Below the pieces are notes generated by a model. The model had not been told where the DNA came from and did not search any database. It saw nothing but the letters and a program-made list of their open reading frames with translations. From Verrucomicrobiota bacterium (GTDB lineage Bacteria > Verrucomicrobiota > Verrucomicrobiia > Verrucomicrobiales > Verrucomicrobiaceae), in assembly GCA_043758025.1 (NCBI GenBank), contig JAYVOH010000098.1:199-64198 (forward strand): DNA of 64,000 nucleotides, written 5' to 3'. The translations under genes were made by a program, and so were the position numbers. Within the stretch, counting starts at the first letter, position 1, and the number at the start of each line of letters is the position of its first letter. Positions 52,901 to 60,826 of the stretch are shown piece after piece.

Positions 52901-55900
52901 GCCGACACTTCACAGGAAGATGCCGGGCGACGCGTGCTTGAGCAGATGGCACGCATTCGCCCGTGGGATGCCCGGAATTTGTTAAAGCTTGCGATGGTGC
53001 AGAAAAGCATGGGTGACATCAAGGCCGCCGGGCAGGTCTTGCAGGCGTTGCTCACCGTCACGCCCGTGGTGGAGATTCCGCAGAACACGCCGCTGGAATT
53101 ATGGCCGTGGCCAGTCATGGACCAGCGCATGTCCGCCGCTCCGGTGCGCACGGCGCTCATGAGCGCGCTGGATAACGCTCCGGGAATCGAGCAGCCGGAG
53201 CGGGATCGCCTGCGTATATTCCTGAGCCTGCCGCGCGGTGAATCTGCGGAGATTCCTGATGAAGCTGGTCGGGTGCGGCTGCGGGCGATAGAAGAGATGT
53301 CGGCCATGAAAGTTGCACCTGACATCGTGGCGTCACCACCTTCAGAAATCGAGCGCGCCTGGGCGATGTTTCACAGCGCGGATAAGGCGGGTTTTCACAA
53401 GCTGATGGGCGCACGATTCAAGGATGCAAGGGCCTTGGAGGAGCAATTCGTTTACGTTTGGCTGGGCCTGCGTTCTCATGGCATGGCGGAGATGATCGCA
53501 TGGGCTGGTGATGAAAAGCTGGCCGAGGCTCAGCGCAAATCACGCAAGGGATTGATTCAAGCCGTGGTGCACATGCTGGTGGAATCCCCAGGCTTTGTCT
53601 TCTCCGCTTCCGACATATCAGCGCTGGGTGACGCGAATTTCTTCACCAACACGGAGCTCATCGACATAACGCGCAAGCTGGAAAGCCGCCAGCGCCGCGA
53701 TCTGGCGCTGCTGTTGGGCACTGCGGCCAAGCGCAATGCGCCAGCGCTGGATGCCGACTACGGAATCTTTCTGGCCCGTCTCGCGGAGGTCTCGGGTGAT
53801 CTGGATTCACAGCGAAAATTTTTGCTGGACGGATGGAACAGGCCGCTGCAGGCCGAGCGACCAGGCGTGAATGATGTCTTTATGCAAAGCCTTGCGGGCT
53901 TGCTGAGACTGGCGCGCGATGATGCGGAACGCGCACGGATTCTCACCGAGGGCTGGCGCAGGCTGAAACAGCTGCCGCCTTCCGGGCAAGGCAATCTTCG
54001 TGAAGCGAGACTGCTGGGCCTGGCAGGAGCGGATGACATCGCGGAGCGAAAGCTTGCTGGCTATCTCGGCAACGGTTTTCTCACGGCGCGCGCATTTGTG
54101 GAACCCATGATTGGCCGCCTGCCACCAGGGGTGAAACCCGGACCTAGAGTTGATGAGGTGAATCATCTGCGGGGTTATTGGGATGATTTGCGCGTTTGGG
54201 GCGAGGTATTGAAACAGGACGGTCTGGCGCCGTTGGTGAATGATGCCGCGCAAATAGTTGGTCTGAGAAATGGGGGCGTGCCCGCCGGCCCCCGGTCAAA
54301 CTATGAGTTCAGCATGTGGCAGCATCAGGTGACGGATCTGAACTTGCGCGTCACGTCTTATCCTGAGCGTTTGCTGAAAGTGCGCGCGATCGCAGCGGCC
54401 AATGAATCCGTGGATGCGATCATTGAGGTTGGAAATTTTCTCGAATCCCAAGGGTTCGCTCGCGAGTGTATTGAGCTTTACCGCCGGCTTCCCGATCGTG
54501 CGCCATCGAATGTGGAATACTGCGAGCAGTTGCTGCGTGTGAGTGAAAGCGCGTGGGACTATGAGGCGGCCATTCCCTTGATCGAGAAATTGCTGGTGGC
54601 CGCGCCCGAGATGCGACCGCAAAATCTTGCGGAGCGACTGCTCGAAGAAAAGCACGCCCGGTTCCTCGCGCGGCTGCATGACACGGCCAGGCTGCGCGTC
54701 ATGGCCTTCGGCGCGGCGTCTCCATTGAAGTCGGGGCGCATCCCCGGGGAGGCTCCTTATCTCAGGGAGCTGGCCTTGTTGCTGGAGCGCGAGGGGGACC
54801 GGCCCGGCGCTCTCGCCGCGTGGGATCAGCTAGCCTTGCTGATGCCGGATGATGTTGTAGCGACACTGCATCGCGCAAAAATATTTGCGGCCCAAGGACA
54901 TTCCAGTCTGGCGCTGGAGACACTTCGCAAAGTGGCTGCGGCAGATTTATCCAAGGAAGGTTCACGCGGAGTCCTGGAGCTGCGAGCCAGACTGGAGGCG
55001 GAAGCCGGGCACTGGGATCACATGCGGGAATTGATGAACGTGGTGAGTGGTGGTTCCGTGAACGCATCATTCCTGCATGTCGGAAATGTCATCATGCTCG
55101 CCCAAGTGCTCGCTGACCATCATCGTCCGGTTGAGGCGCAGAGCCTGCTGGTGCGTGGAGAGCGAATGGTGAAGGATGAAACCGGGCGCTTTAGATTGCG
55201 GCTGGAACAGTTCAAGCTGGCGGCGCATGATCCGGCATGGGATCCCCGGCGGGATGCGGTGCGCATCGCCTCACTTTTGCGGATCGAAATCACGGATCGG
55301 GATGTATTGAACAATCTTCGCGAATGGATGGCGCATGAGTCAGTCACAACACGGGCAGCGGCATGGGCTGAGTTATTAACCGGACTGCCACCAGCGCCGT
55401 CCGTGATTTTGGCATTGGCGACGATGGACGTTCCGCAGGAAAATCTTCGATCTGTAATTCAGAATGCACGATGGGATTTGCCAGATGGTCGCCAGAAAGC
55501 TGTGAGGCGGTTGATTGCAGAGACATTGATGGATCACGGGAAGCCGCAACTCGCGCTTGAATTGCTGCCGGACGACGGCCCGCAGTCAGTTCGCGCGTTG
55601 TCCGCTCTGGGCGACAGACATGGTTTGCAGGAGTTGGTGGGCAAACTTGTAAGAATGAGTTTTCCCGGTGGTGGTGAAATCGTGGAATATGCGGAGGCAT
55701 TGGCCGCATCGGGTCAAGCAGAACTTGCGGATGAATTGTATTCACTGGGCATGAAGCGGCTGCGGGCGACGGCAGGCATCCTGCCGCCATTGGTGAAATC
55801 TTACGCGACGTTTTTATTGAAGAGGAGACAGTTTGAACGTGCGGAGGTATTGCTGATCCGGGAGAACGCGGGCATCACCGAAGGGCTGCCGGAATTGCTG

Positions 55901-56026
55901 GTTGAACTTTACAGGGAATGGAACAGGCTTGGTCAGTTGCCCTTGGAGTTGGTAAAGTTTCATCTGCCCAACGGGGTTCGCGAGGAAGCTTTGTTCCTTG
56001 CCAGGCAACGCGAAAAGAAGCCATGA
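49934..56026 (+). CDS. Giant TPR-repeat protein
   Basis: About 2030 aa. Signal/anchor MKFPLQTMQAISFGWLLMAVLLCA, then continuous helical TPR-like repeats. The ORF opens at 49895. Confidence 0.8.
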   Translation: MKFPLQTMQAISFGWLLMAVLLCAADPQPWVEKDTRLATEYLKMLVEKPEYGRVLDLLWELYDKHGSSALLLDSINAQVKQQAHPNVLLVQAHLLRKAGHVDEAALDYRAILVKEPNNTVALRGLADILLEQSKREEALQILRLLAATLPHNDPQRGPLLLEQGKIALQIGKRDGAAAAWEEAVKLQPDNVALVREVAQLFLGAGFLEKALELQRQIARSTDPVKRLDALLELSRIEEQSDHFSEAKAALHNGIALLHYKEGRYEMFFQRMVKLHERFGQLDALKSELLKAAEPKPVPEKALMDLEHFFAITVEPEQRIIWLRILAQTFPQNNEHIWKLVGALLDHEGNAEAAQLLDARLKNDGTDFASVVLMRCAAHLQAGEADQAAARLGKLLEVQNANADVEKQVLAFAQQKSLDAVTEQLLRGRLARDPAKAEPVFELAAFLRARGRGRESGALFDAFVAAAPPAEKLRHMNDVAGFLANGGDPDAAEDAARRALKQRNAGRDEIIRLADVLSQNEKNGEALSLLEQAWVLSDSTDKRMETDERILALLSGGPAPKTAPPAAVTDFKLPAFFTPGFGSDAPTEKRATVARAAVEYAVAQAAVVKFKSRQFEIPHGIFRLWPIGDLEGAWNILLQNFPAATPERMLRAAWWCFRSDQTELAYAVVWNLIFDDRGRRVTASTEVEKLLLDIALADKNSFLAIRQLRLLSEIDPENRTAHQLRLAEQQMAREGAAGRGEAMGILESLARSVPQNESVLSALAQCYKVEGRRDKVLALWENAVRSTRTPLATLQEHHAEALMEQHKFKEFIEIQMRLIESETDLKRRRENFQRALERLMWADSLQGELPDDEKKKRLTLVAGALKERSQQHSFEGFWFEALARIYERQGDPAKAFAAMKQAYYTTPDAPYSLEELRSAAQRAGDLKISIYFQKQIAAGAPAKNSAAEWRELVQLLEQDFRITEADQVRRQLETRSSQNFAALDDLAKYYADTSQEDAGRRVLEQMARIRPWDARNLLKLAMVQKSMGDIKAAGQVLQALLTVTPVVEIPQNTPLELWPWPVMDQRMSAAPVRTALMSALDNAPGIEQPERDRLRIFLSLPRGESAEIPDEAGRVRLRAIEEMSAMKVAPDIVASPPSEIERAWAMFHSADKAGFHKLMGARFKDARALEEQFVYVWLGLRSHGMAEMIAWAGDEKLAEAQRKSRKGLIQAVVHMLVESPGFVFSASDISALGDANFFTNTELIDITRKLESRQRRDLALLLGTAAKRNAPALDADYGIFLARLAEVSGDLDSQRKFLLDGWNRPLQAERPGVNDVFMQSLAGLLRLARDDAERARILTEGWRRLKQLPPSGQGNLREARLLGLAGADDIAERKLAGYLGNGFLTARAFVEPMIGRLPPGVKPGPRVDEVNHLRGYWDDLRVWGEVLKQDGLAPLVNDAAQIVGLRNGGVPAGPRSNYEFSMWQHQVTDLNLRVTSYPERLLKVRAIAAANESVDAIIEVGNFLESQGFARECIELYRRLPDRAPSNVEYCEQLLRVSESAWDYEAAIPLIEKLLVAAPEMRPQNLAERLLEEKHARFLARLHDTARLRVMAFGAASPLKSGRIPGEAPYLRELALLLEREGDRPGALAAWDQLALLMPDDVVATLHRAKIFAAQGHSSLALETLRKVAAADLSKEGSRGVLELRARLEAEAGHWDHMRELMNVVSGGSVNASFLHVGNVIMLAQVLADHHRPVEAQSLLVRGERMVKDETGRFRLRLEQFKLAAHDPAWDPRRDAVRIASLLRIEITDRDVLNNLREWMAHESVTTRAAAWAELLTGLPPAPSVILALATMDVPQENLRSVIQNARWDLPDGRQKAVRRLIAETLMDHGKPQLALELLPDDGPQSVRALSALGDRHGLQELVGKLVRMSFPGGGEIVEYAEALAASGQAELADELYSLGMKRLRATAGILPPLVKSYATFLLKRRQFERAEVLLIRENAGITEGLPELLVELYREWNRLGQLPLELVKFHLPNGVREEALFLARQREKKP

Positions 56027-56568
56027 ATCGCAGCGCCATCCTTTTTTTCATCCTCATCTCGGGGCTGTCGGGCTGTGCGCACAAGCAGAAGGACAGCGGA
56101 ACAGGCCCGCGACTGGCGGAGCGCCTAGGCAAGTGGGATATGAACAAAAAAAGTTCATTCGAAAAGGAGCTGTATGCGACCAAGTCGTCCAAAGTCATAA
56201 AAACAGGTCCTTTCCGAACCACGGAATTTAAAGGCACCAAAGGCTTCACGGGTGCATGCGACTCCTATCGCACCAAGGATTTTCAGCAGTCCTCCAAAAC
56301 TAGCAGCGTGGCGGATAAAATTTTCTCTGACGCAAAGAAGGACAGCAACCTCGCCCAATCACAATTCAAAACCAAGGAAAGCAGTTTTGATCAAAAAACG
56401 AGCCGGGATGCTGGAAAGAAATTCGCCGACACCGACAAGACCTATCAGACCAAGGATGAGCGAGAGGCCACGAAGGCGCTGAAAAAGAAAAGCCATCCCG
56501 TGATGGTCGATACCGGTAAACCGAGCTACACCGAAGACGAGGTGCGGGGGCTGCTGAACAAGAAGTGA
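56023..56568 (+). CDS. Lys-rich lipoprotein, translationally coupled to giant TPR gene
   Basis: MNRSAILFFILISGLSGC lipobox. The ATG overlaps the TPR gene stop (ATGA at 56023-56026). Confidence 0.7.
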   Translation: MNRSAILFFILISGLSGCAHKQKDSGTGPRLAERLGKWDMNKKSSFEKELYATKSSKVIKTGPFRTTEFKGTKGFTGACDSYRTKDFQQSSKTSSVADKIFSDAKKDSNLAQSQFKTKESSFDQKTSRDAGKKFADTDKTYQTKDEREATKALKKKSHPVMVDTGKPSYTEDEVRGLLNKK

Positions 56569-56573
56569 ACGGA

Positions 56574-56601
56574 AGTTTTCAGTTTTCAGTTTTCAGTTTT
56601 C
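56574..56601 (+). repeat. Heptanucleotide tandem repeat (AGTTTTC)x4
   Basis: Four perfect contiguous copies, 6 nt after the lipoprotein stop. Confidence 0.9.
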
Positions 56602-56649
56602 GGCTTCAAGTGCGAGCCTGCCTCCTGAATACCGACCCTTGATAAACTG

Positions 56650-57825
56650 ATGCTTTCCGTTCCTGAACAATTAAAAATCCTCACCCGAGGCACCGTCACT
56701 ATTCACAGCGAGAAGGAACTCGCGGACAAGTTGGCGCGTGGCAAGCCCCTGCGCGTGAAACTTGGTGTTGATCCCACCGCGCCGGACATTCATCTCGGAC
56801 ACGCGGTCGGCTTGCGGAAGCTGCGGCAGTTCCAGGAACTCGGTCATCATATCGTGCTCATCATCGGCGACTTCACCGCCATGATCGGCGATCCCAGCGG
56901 ACGCAGTTCCACGCGCCCTCCGCTGACGCACGACGACGTGATGGCCAATGCCAGGACTTTCACCGAACAGGCGTTTCTCGTGCTCGACAAGTCGAAGACC
57001 GAGGTCGTGTATAATGGCGACTGGTTTTCCAAGATGACCTTCACCGAAGTCATCAAGCTGAACGCGCGGGTCACCCTCAACCAGATGATGCAGCGCGAGG
57101 ATTTTAAGAACCGCTTTGGTCAGGGGCACGAGATTCGGTTGCATGAAATTCAATATCCCATCATGCAGGGCTGGGATTCCGTCGTAGTGCGCGCGGATGT
57201 GGAGATCGGAGGCAGTGACCAGTTGTTTAACATTCTCGTTGGTCGTGATTTGCAAAAAGAAGAGGGCCAGGAACCGCAGGTCGTGATGACGTTGCCTTTG
57301 CTTGAAGGCCTCGACGGCGTAAAGAAGATGAGCAAATCGCTCGGCAACTACGTCGGCCTCACCGACGCGCCGAAAGAAATGTTCGGCAAGCTCATGAGCA
57401 TCCCGGATGAACTGATGGAGAAGTATTACCTCCTCGTGCTCGGTGAAATTCTGGACAAATCACTTCACCCGATGGAGGCCAAGAAGCAGCTCGCCGCGAA
57501 ATGCGTCGCGACTTATCATGGCGCCGAGGCTGCGATAGAAGCGCGCGCGGATTTCGAGACGCGCTTCAGCAAGCGTGATCTGGCGCACGCGGATTTGCCC
57601 GTCGTGAAACTTGGTGACCGGCGTGATGTGCTCGGTGTCGTGTTGCAAGCCTACACCGATGCCTTTCAAACCACCCCCAGCGGCGGAGACGTGCGCCGCC
57701 TCATCCAAGGCGGTAGCGTCCAGCTCAACGGTGAAAAGCTGTCCGATCCAAAAACGACGCCCGAGTGGAAGGAAGGCGATGTGCTTAAGCTAGACAAAAA
57801 GCGTCAGGTGCGGCTTTCGCTGTGA
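56650..57825 (+). CDS. tyrS: Tyrosine--tRNA ligase
   Basis: HIGH-type motif DIHLGH, KMSKS motif KKMSKSLGN, C-terminal S4-like domain. 391 aa. Confidence 0.9.
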   Translation: MLSVPEQLKILTRGTVTIHSEKELADKLARGKPLRVKLGVDPTAPDIHLGHAVGLRKLRQFQELGHHIVLIIGDFTAMIGDPSGRSSTRPPLTHDDVMANARTFTEQAFLVLDKSKTEVVYNGDWFSKMTFTEVIKLNARVTLNQMMQREDFKNRFGQGHEIRLHEIQYPIMQGWDSVVVRADVEIGGSDQLFNILVGRDLQKEEGQEPQVVMTLPLLEGLDGVKKMSKSLGNYVGLTDAPKEMFGKLMSIPDELMEKYYLLVLGEILDKSLHPMEAKKQLAAKCVATYHGAEAAIEARADFETRFSKRDLAHADLPVVKLGDRRDVLGVVLQAYTDAFQTTPSGGDVRRLIQGGSVQLNGEKLSDPKTTPEWKEGDVLKLDKKRQVRLSL

Positions 57826-57991
57826 CTGCGACCGCGAGCGTTGTGAGTGGTAAGTAGTCTTCGACTCTAGTCGAAAACTATTGCCATGAATCCAAACATT
57901 CTCGCGCAGGGAAGTCCTCAATTGAGAGATGATTGCATCAATAGTCCGAACACCGCGCTAGTTGTAATTGTCGCTCTTGTCTGCGAATTTC

Positions 57992-58657
57992 TCATTTTAC
58001 GGTTCGTGTGGTCTGGAATCGCTTTATGCTATGTGTGCTGCCCTGAGAATCACTGTATGAGAAGACTCCGTCCTCATATGCGTCAACATCAATTCTATCA
58101 CCTTCCACTTTTCTTTCCTTTTCGGAGTGGCCTGTGATAAGAAGAATGTCTCTTTGCGTCTTTGGGTCATAGTCCCGTGGGCGCCCCTTTTCGGCAGCAC
58201 TTCCCGCAGGGAGCGATCCCCCCATGCCAACGCTGCTCGCGGAACTGCTTGGCCCAAATGAGAATCCCTTAATAACGATAAGCCCTTCCGGTATGACCTG
58301 AAATATTGCTCCGTTAATGCGCACTGCATTCTTTGCGTTCTCGACCTGCTTTTTCTTAGCTGCCTCCTCAATTTGTGCGGCCTTATACTCTTTCACTTTC
58401 GACTCCTGAGCAGATTTTTTAAACTGTGCCGCTTTCTCCGAATCAAAGTTGTATTTTGCGCGAAGCTCCTCTGGCAAATCGACAAACGGAACTTTTGATA
58501 CGCCGTCTTTATGAGCAAACACAAGCCCGTCTGGATCGGCCCGCTTGACCGTTACGCCCTCAAACTTTTTGCCCGAGAGTGTCAAAATGTCTTCGGAGCG
58601 AAGCTGACTATAATCGAAAATGACGAGGAGCAGAACAAAAAGAACTTTTGCGTTCAT
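57992..58657 (-). CDS. Secreted hypothetical protein
   Basis: Signal peptide MNAKVLFVLLLVIFDYSQL (ATG 58657; the ORF opens at 58732). Lys/Ala-rich coiled segment. AT-richer. Confidence 0.55.
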   Translation of the reverse strand: MNAKVLFVLLLVIFDYSQLRSEDILTLSGKKFEGVTVKRADPDGLVFAHKDGVSKVPFVDLPEELRAKYNFDSEKAAQFKKSAQESKVKEYKAAQIEEAAKKKQVENAKNAVRINGAIFQVIPEGLIVIKGFSFGPSSSASSVGMGGSLPAGSAAEKGRPRDYDPKTQRDILLITGHSEKERKVEGDRIDVDAYEDGVFSYSDSQGSTHSIKRFQTTRTVK

Positions 58658-58736
58658 GGCTTCAATTGGACACTTTAAATTAGTTGGCGCAATCAGAAAC
58701 GCTCCGTTCCTTGTTATCGCGCCCTCGGGCAATATG

Positions 58737-59063
58737 CTAAACCAGTCTCCAGCCCATCGCCGCGTTGATCTTGTTCACGATCTGGCGGCGGCGCAGCGGG
58801 GACACGGTTCCGCGCTTTTGTTTGAGGTTGGATTTCTCCACAAGCCACAGCGCATCACAGCGGCACAGCGTTTCCCAGTCGAGTCCATCGGCGCCGTTGA
58901 GACGGACTTCGTTTCCATTTGGAGGGCGGTTGGCGCGCTGTGAGGTGCAGAGCAGGATGTTCACGGCGTTAGAGCGCGCGATGCGATCCGGGTGAGAGAC
59001 AATGACCGCTGGATGTGGGCCTGCATGCTCGAAGTCATAGGTGTAAATGTCCCAGGCTTTCAT
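58737..59063 (-). CDS. Type II toxin-antitoxin system PemK/MazF family toxin
   Basis: ..WDIYTYDFEHAGPHPAVIVSHPD..ILLCTSQ.. is the MazF/PemK pattern. 4-nt overlap with the upstream antitoxin. Confidence 0.75.
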   Translation of the reverse strand: MKAWDIYTYDFEHAGPHPAVIVSHPDRIARSNAVNILLCTSQRANRPPNGNEVRLNGADGLDWETLCRCDALWLVEKSNLKQKRGTVSPLRRRQIVNKINAAMGWRLV

Positions 59064-59290
59064 ACCTCATCGGGTTCGAGCACACGGAGACTGCGCATGA
59101 GCTTAATTTCCTCGCGATTTGCTTCGGCAGTGTAAAGGTGCTCAAGCGATCCGGGCGGGAAGACTTCGCCTTCTTTTTCCTGCAATTCACGCAAGGCGGC
59201 GCGGACGACCTCGCTGGCGTTGTTGTAGCGACCCGATTGGATGAGTTGCTGGATGAAGCCCTCGAAATGGCTGGTGAGTGCGACGTTCAT
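59060..59290 (-). CDS. ParD/CopG-type ribbon-helix-helix antitoxin
   Basis: MNVALTSHFEGFIQQLIQSGRYNNASEVVRAALRELQEKE is the ParD-family pattern. The ORF opens at 59308. Confidence 0.75.
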   Translation of the reverse strand: MNVALTSHFEGFIQQLIQSGRYNNASEVVRAALRELQEKEGEVFPPGSLEHLYTAEANREEIKLMRSLRVLEPDEV

Positions 59291-59484
59291 GTGGATAACT
59301 ATTAGCAATAGATGTCCAAAGTCAAGGCTCGCGAATGAGGTCGCATCTCGAGAATGTTCATGTCGGTTGTTCGAGTGAAGATCAACGCTTCTTGAGATGT
59401 TTCGGAGTCGGTGTTAAAACTAAAATCTACGTGATTTTTCGGTTCTTTCGGCCAATCCTCACTGCTGTTTTCGAATGAATCCCA

Positions 59485-60018
59485 ATGGAATCGACTTGCT
59501 CAAAAATTATCATCCACACTGACGGCGGCTGCATTGGCAACCCGGGCGTGGGCGGCTGGGCAGCAGTCATGGAATCAGGCAGGCATCGTAAGGAGATCAG
59601 CGGAGGCGAACTCGCCACGACGAACAATCGCATGGAACTTCGGGCGGCGATCGAGGCGCTTGGTCTATTGAAAAAGCCCTGTGCGGTGGAGATGCACACC
59701 GATTCCCAATACGTCCGCAACGGCATTACCAAATGGCTGGCAGGGTGGAAGAAGAACGGATGGAAGACTGCCGCCAAACAACCGGTTAAGAACGGGGAGC
59801 TCTGGCGCGCACTGGATCTTGCCGCGTCACGGCACCAGGTGAAATGGCATTGGCTCAAAGGCCACGCGGGTCATGATGGGAATGAGCGCTGCGATCAACT
59901 CTGCGCCGAAGCGATGGCCGCGATCAAAAAGCAATACACCCATCAGCAACTTGCAGTCGCATTGACGGCCTTCAAGGATGCCGGGGTGGCCGCGACTTCT
60001 TCTTCGCAGCTTTTTTGA
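59485..60018 (+). CDS. rnhA: Ribonuclease HI
   Basis: ..[17 protein letters not shown].., TNNRMEL, ..HTDSQYV.., ..[15 protein letters not shown]... It has a ~20-aa C-terminal extension relative to E. coli RNase HI. Confidence 0.9.
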   Translation: MESTCSKIIIHTDGGCIGNPGVGGWAAVMESGRHRKEISGGELATTNNRMELRAAIEALGLLKKPCAVEMHTDSQYVRNGITKWLAGWKKNGWKTAAKQPVKNGELWRALDLAASRHQVKWHWLKGHAGHDGNERCDQLCAEAMAAIKKQYTHQQLAVALTAFKDAGVAATSSSQLF

Positions 60019-60817
60019 CTGCTTTCTTGGCGGTTTTCTTGGCGGTTTTCTTTGCCGCCTTGCTCTTGGGCTTGGCAAGTGTCTTCACAACCGTCTCGCC
60101 CGCATCCAGTTCGATGCCGAAGATGTCGCTCAGATCACCCAGCCCGGACGCAGCTTCAGCACCCTCGGTTTGAGCTAGGACAGCATCACCGGCACCGGCG
60201 ATGAGTTCCGTGTGATCCACGCCGCGCAGGAGAAAGAGCAGATCGGGGCATTCATCAAGGCGCGCGCCGACACCGTAAGCGGCGGCGGCGGAGTGTTTGC
60301 ACAAGTCCGCGTAGTCGGGACAGGAGCAATCAAAACGAATGTCCTTGGGTTCTGGAAACAAACCCGTGTCATGATGAGTGACAGCAGCCATCACGGGCGC
60401 CGGGAGTTTGCCCTGAAGCAGGCCGATCAAGGACGTGATCTGGCCAGAGCATTCCTGCTTCAATTCCTTCCACCTCGTCGGTTTTAGTGGCTGGATGTGA
60501 ATGTTCACGGTGTAGAGTTCGGAGCCGCTCACGAGGGCTTTGATCATGCCTTTCTCGACCTTCAGATCAATAACCGCACCGTGTTTCACATAGGAGCGCC
60601 CGCGCGGCAGCCGGTTCTCATAGTGCTGATAGCTTTCAAGATTTCGGTTCCACGCCTGGCCCCAAAAGCTGCTCGCAATCTTTGAGCCTTTGACGACGGC
60701 GGGTTCGAGCTTCTCCCCTTTCCCGGCCAGCTTCTTCGAGTGCTTTTCGGCTTTTACCTTTTTCTGCGCCACTGAGACGTATTCAGAATAATCAGTGTAG
60801 TAGTTGCCCCAGCCCAT
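59972..60817 (-). CDS. SWIM zinc-finger protein with Lys/Ala-rich histone-H1-like tail
   Basis: SWIM motif [20 protein letters not shown]-terminal tail [28 protein letters not shown]. The 3' end overlaps convergent rnhA by 47 nt. Confidence 0.8.
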   Translation of the reverse strand: MGWGNYYTDYSEYVSVAQKKVKAEKHSKKLAGKGEKLEPAVVKGSKIASSFWGQAWNRNLESYQHYENRLPRGRSYVKHGAVIDLKVEKGMIKALVSGSELYTVNIHIQPLKPTRWKELKQECSGQITSLIGLLQGKLPAPVMAAVTHHDTGLFPEPKDIRFDCSCPDYADLCKHSAAAAYGVGARLDECPDLLFLLRGVDHTELIAGAGDAVLAQTEGAEAASGLGDLSDIFGIELDAGETVVKTLAKPKSKAAKKTAKKTAKKAVKKAAKKKSRPPRHP

Positions 60818-60826
60818 GATGTTTAA

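Noticed and set aside
56574-56601. Possible CRISPR-like repeat
   Set aside because: The units are contiguous 7-mers with no spacers, so this is a microsatellite and not a CRISPR array. I noticed no other repeat-spacer structure in the window.
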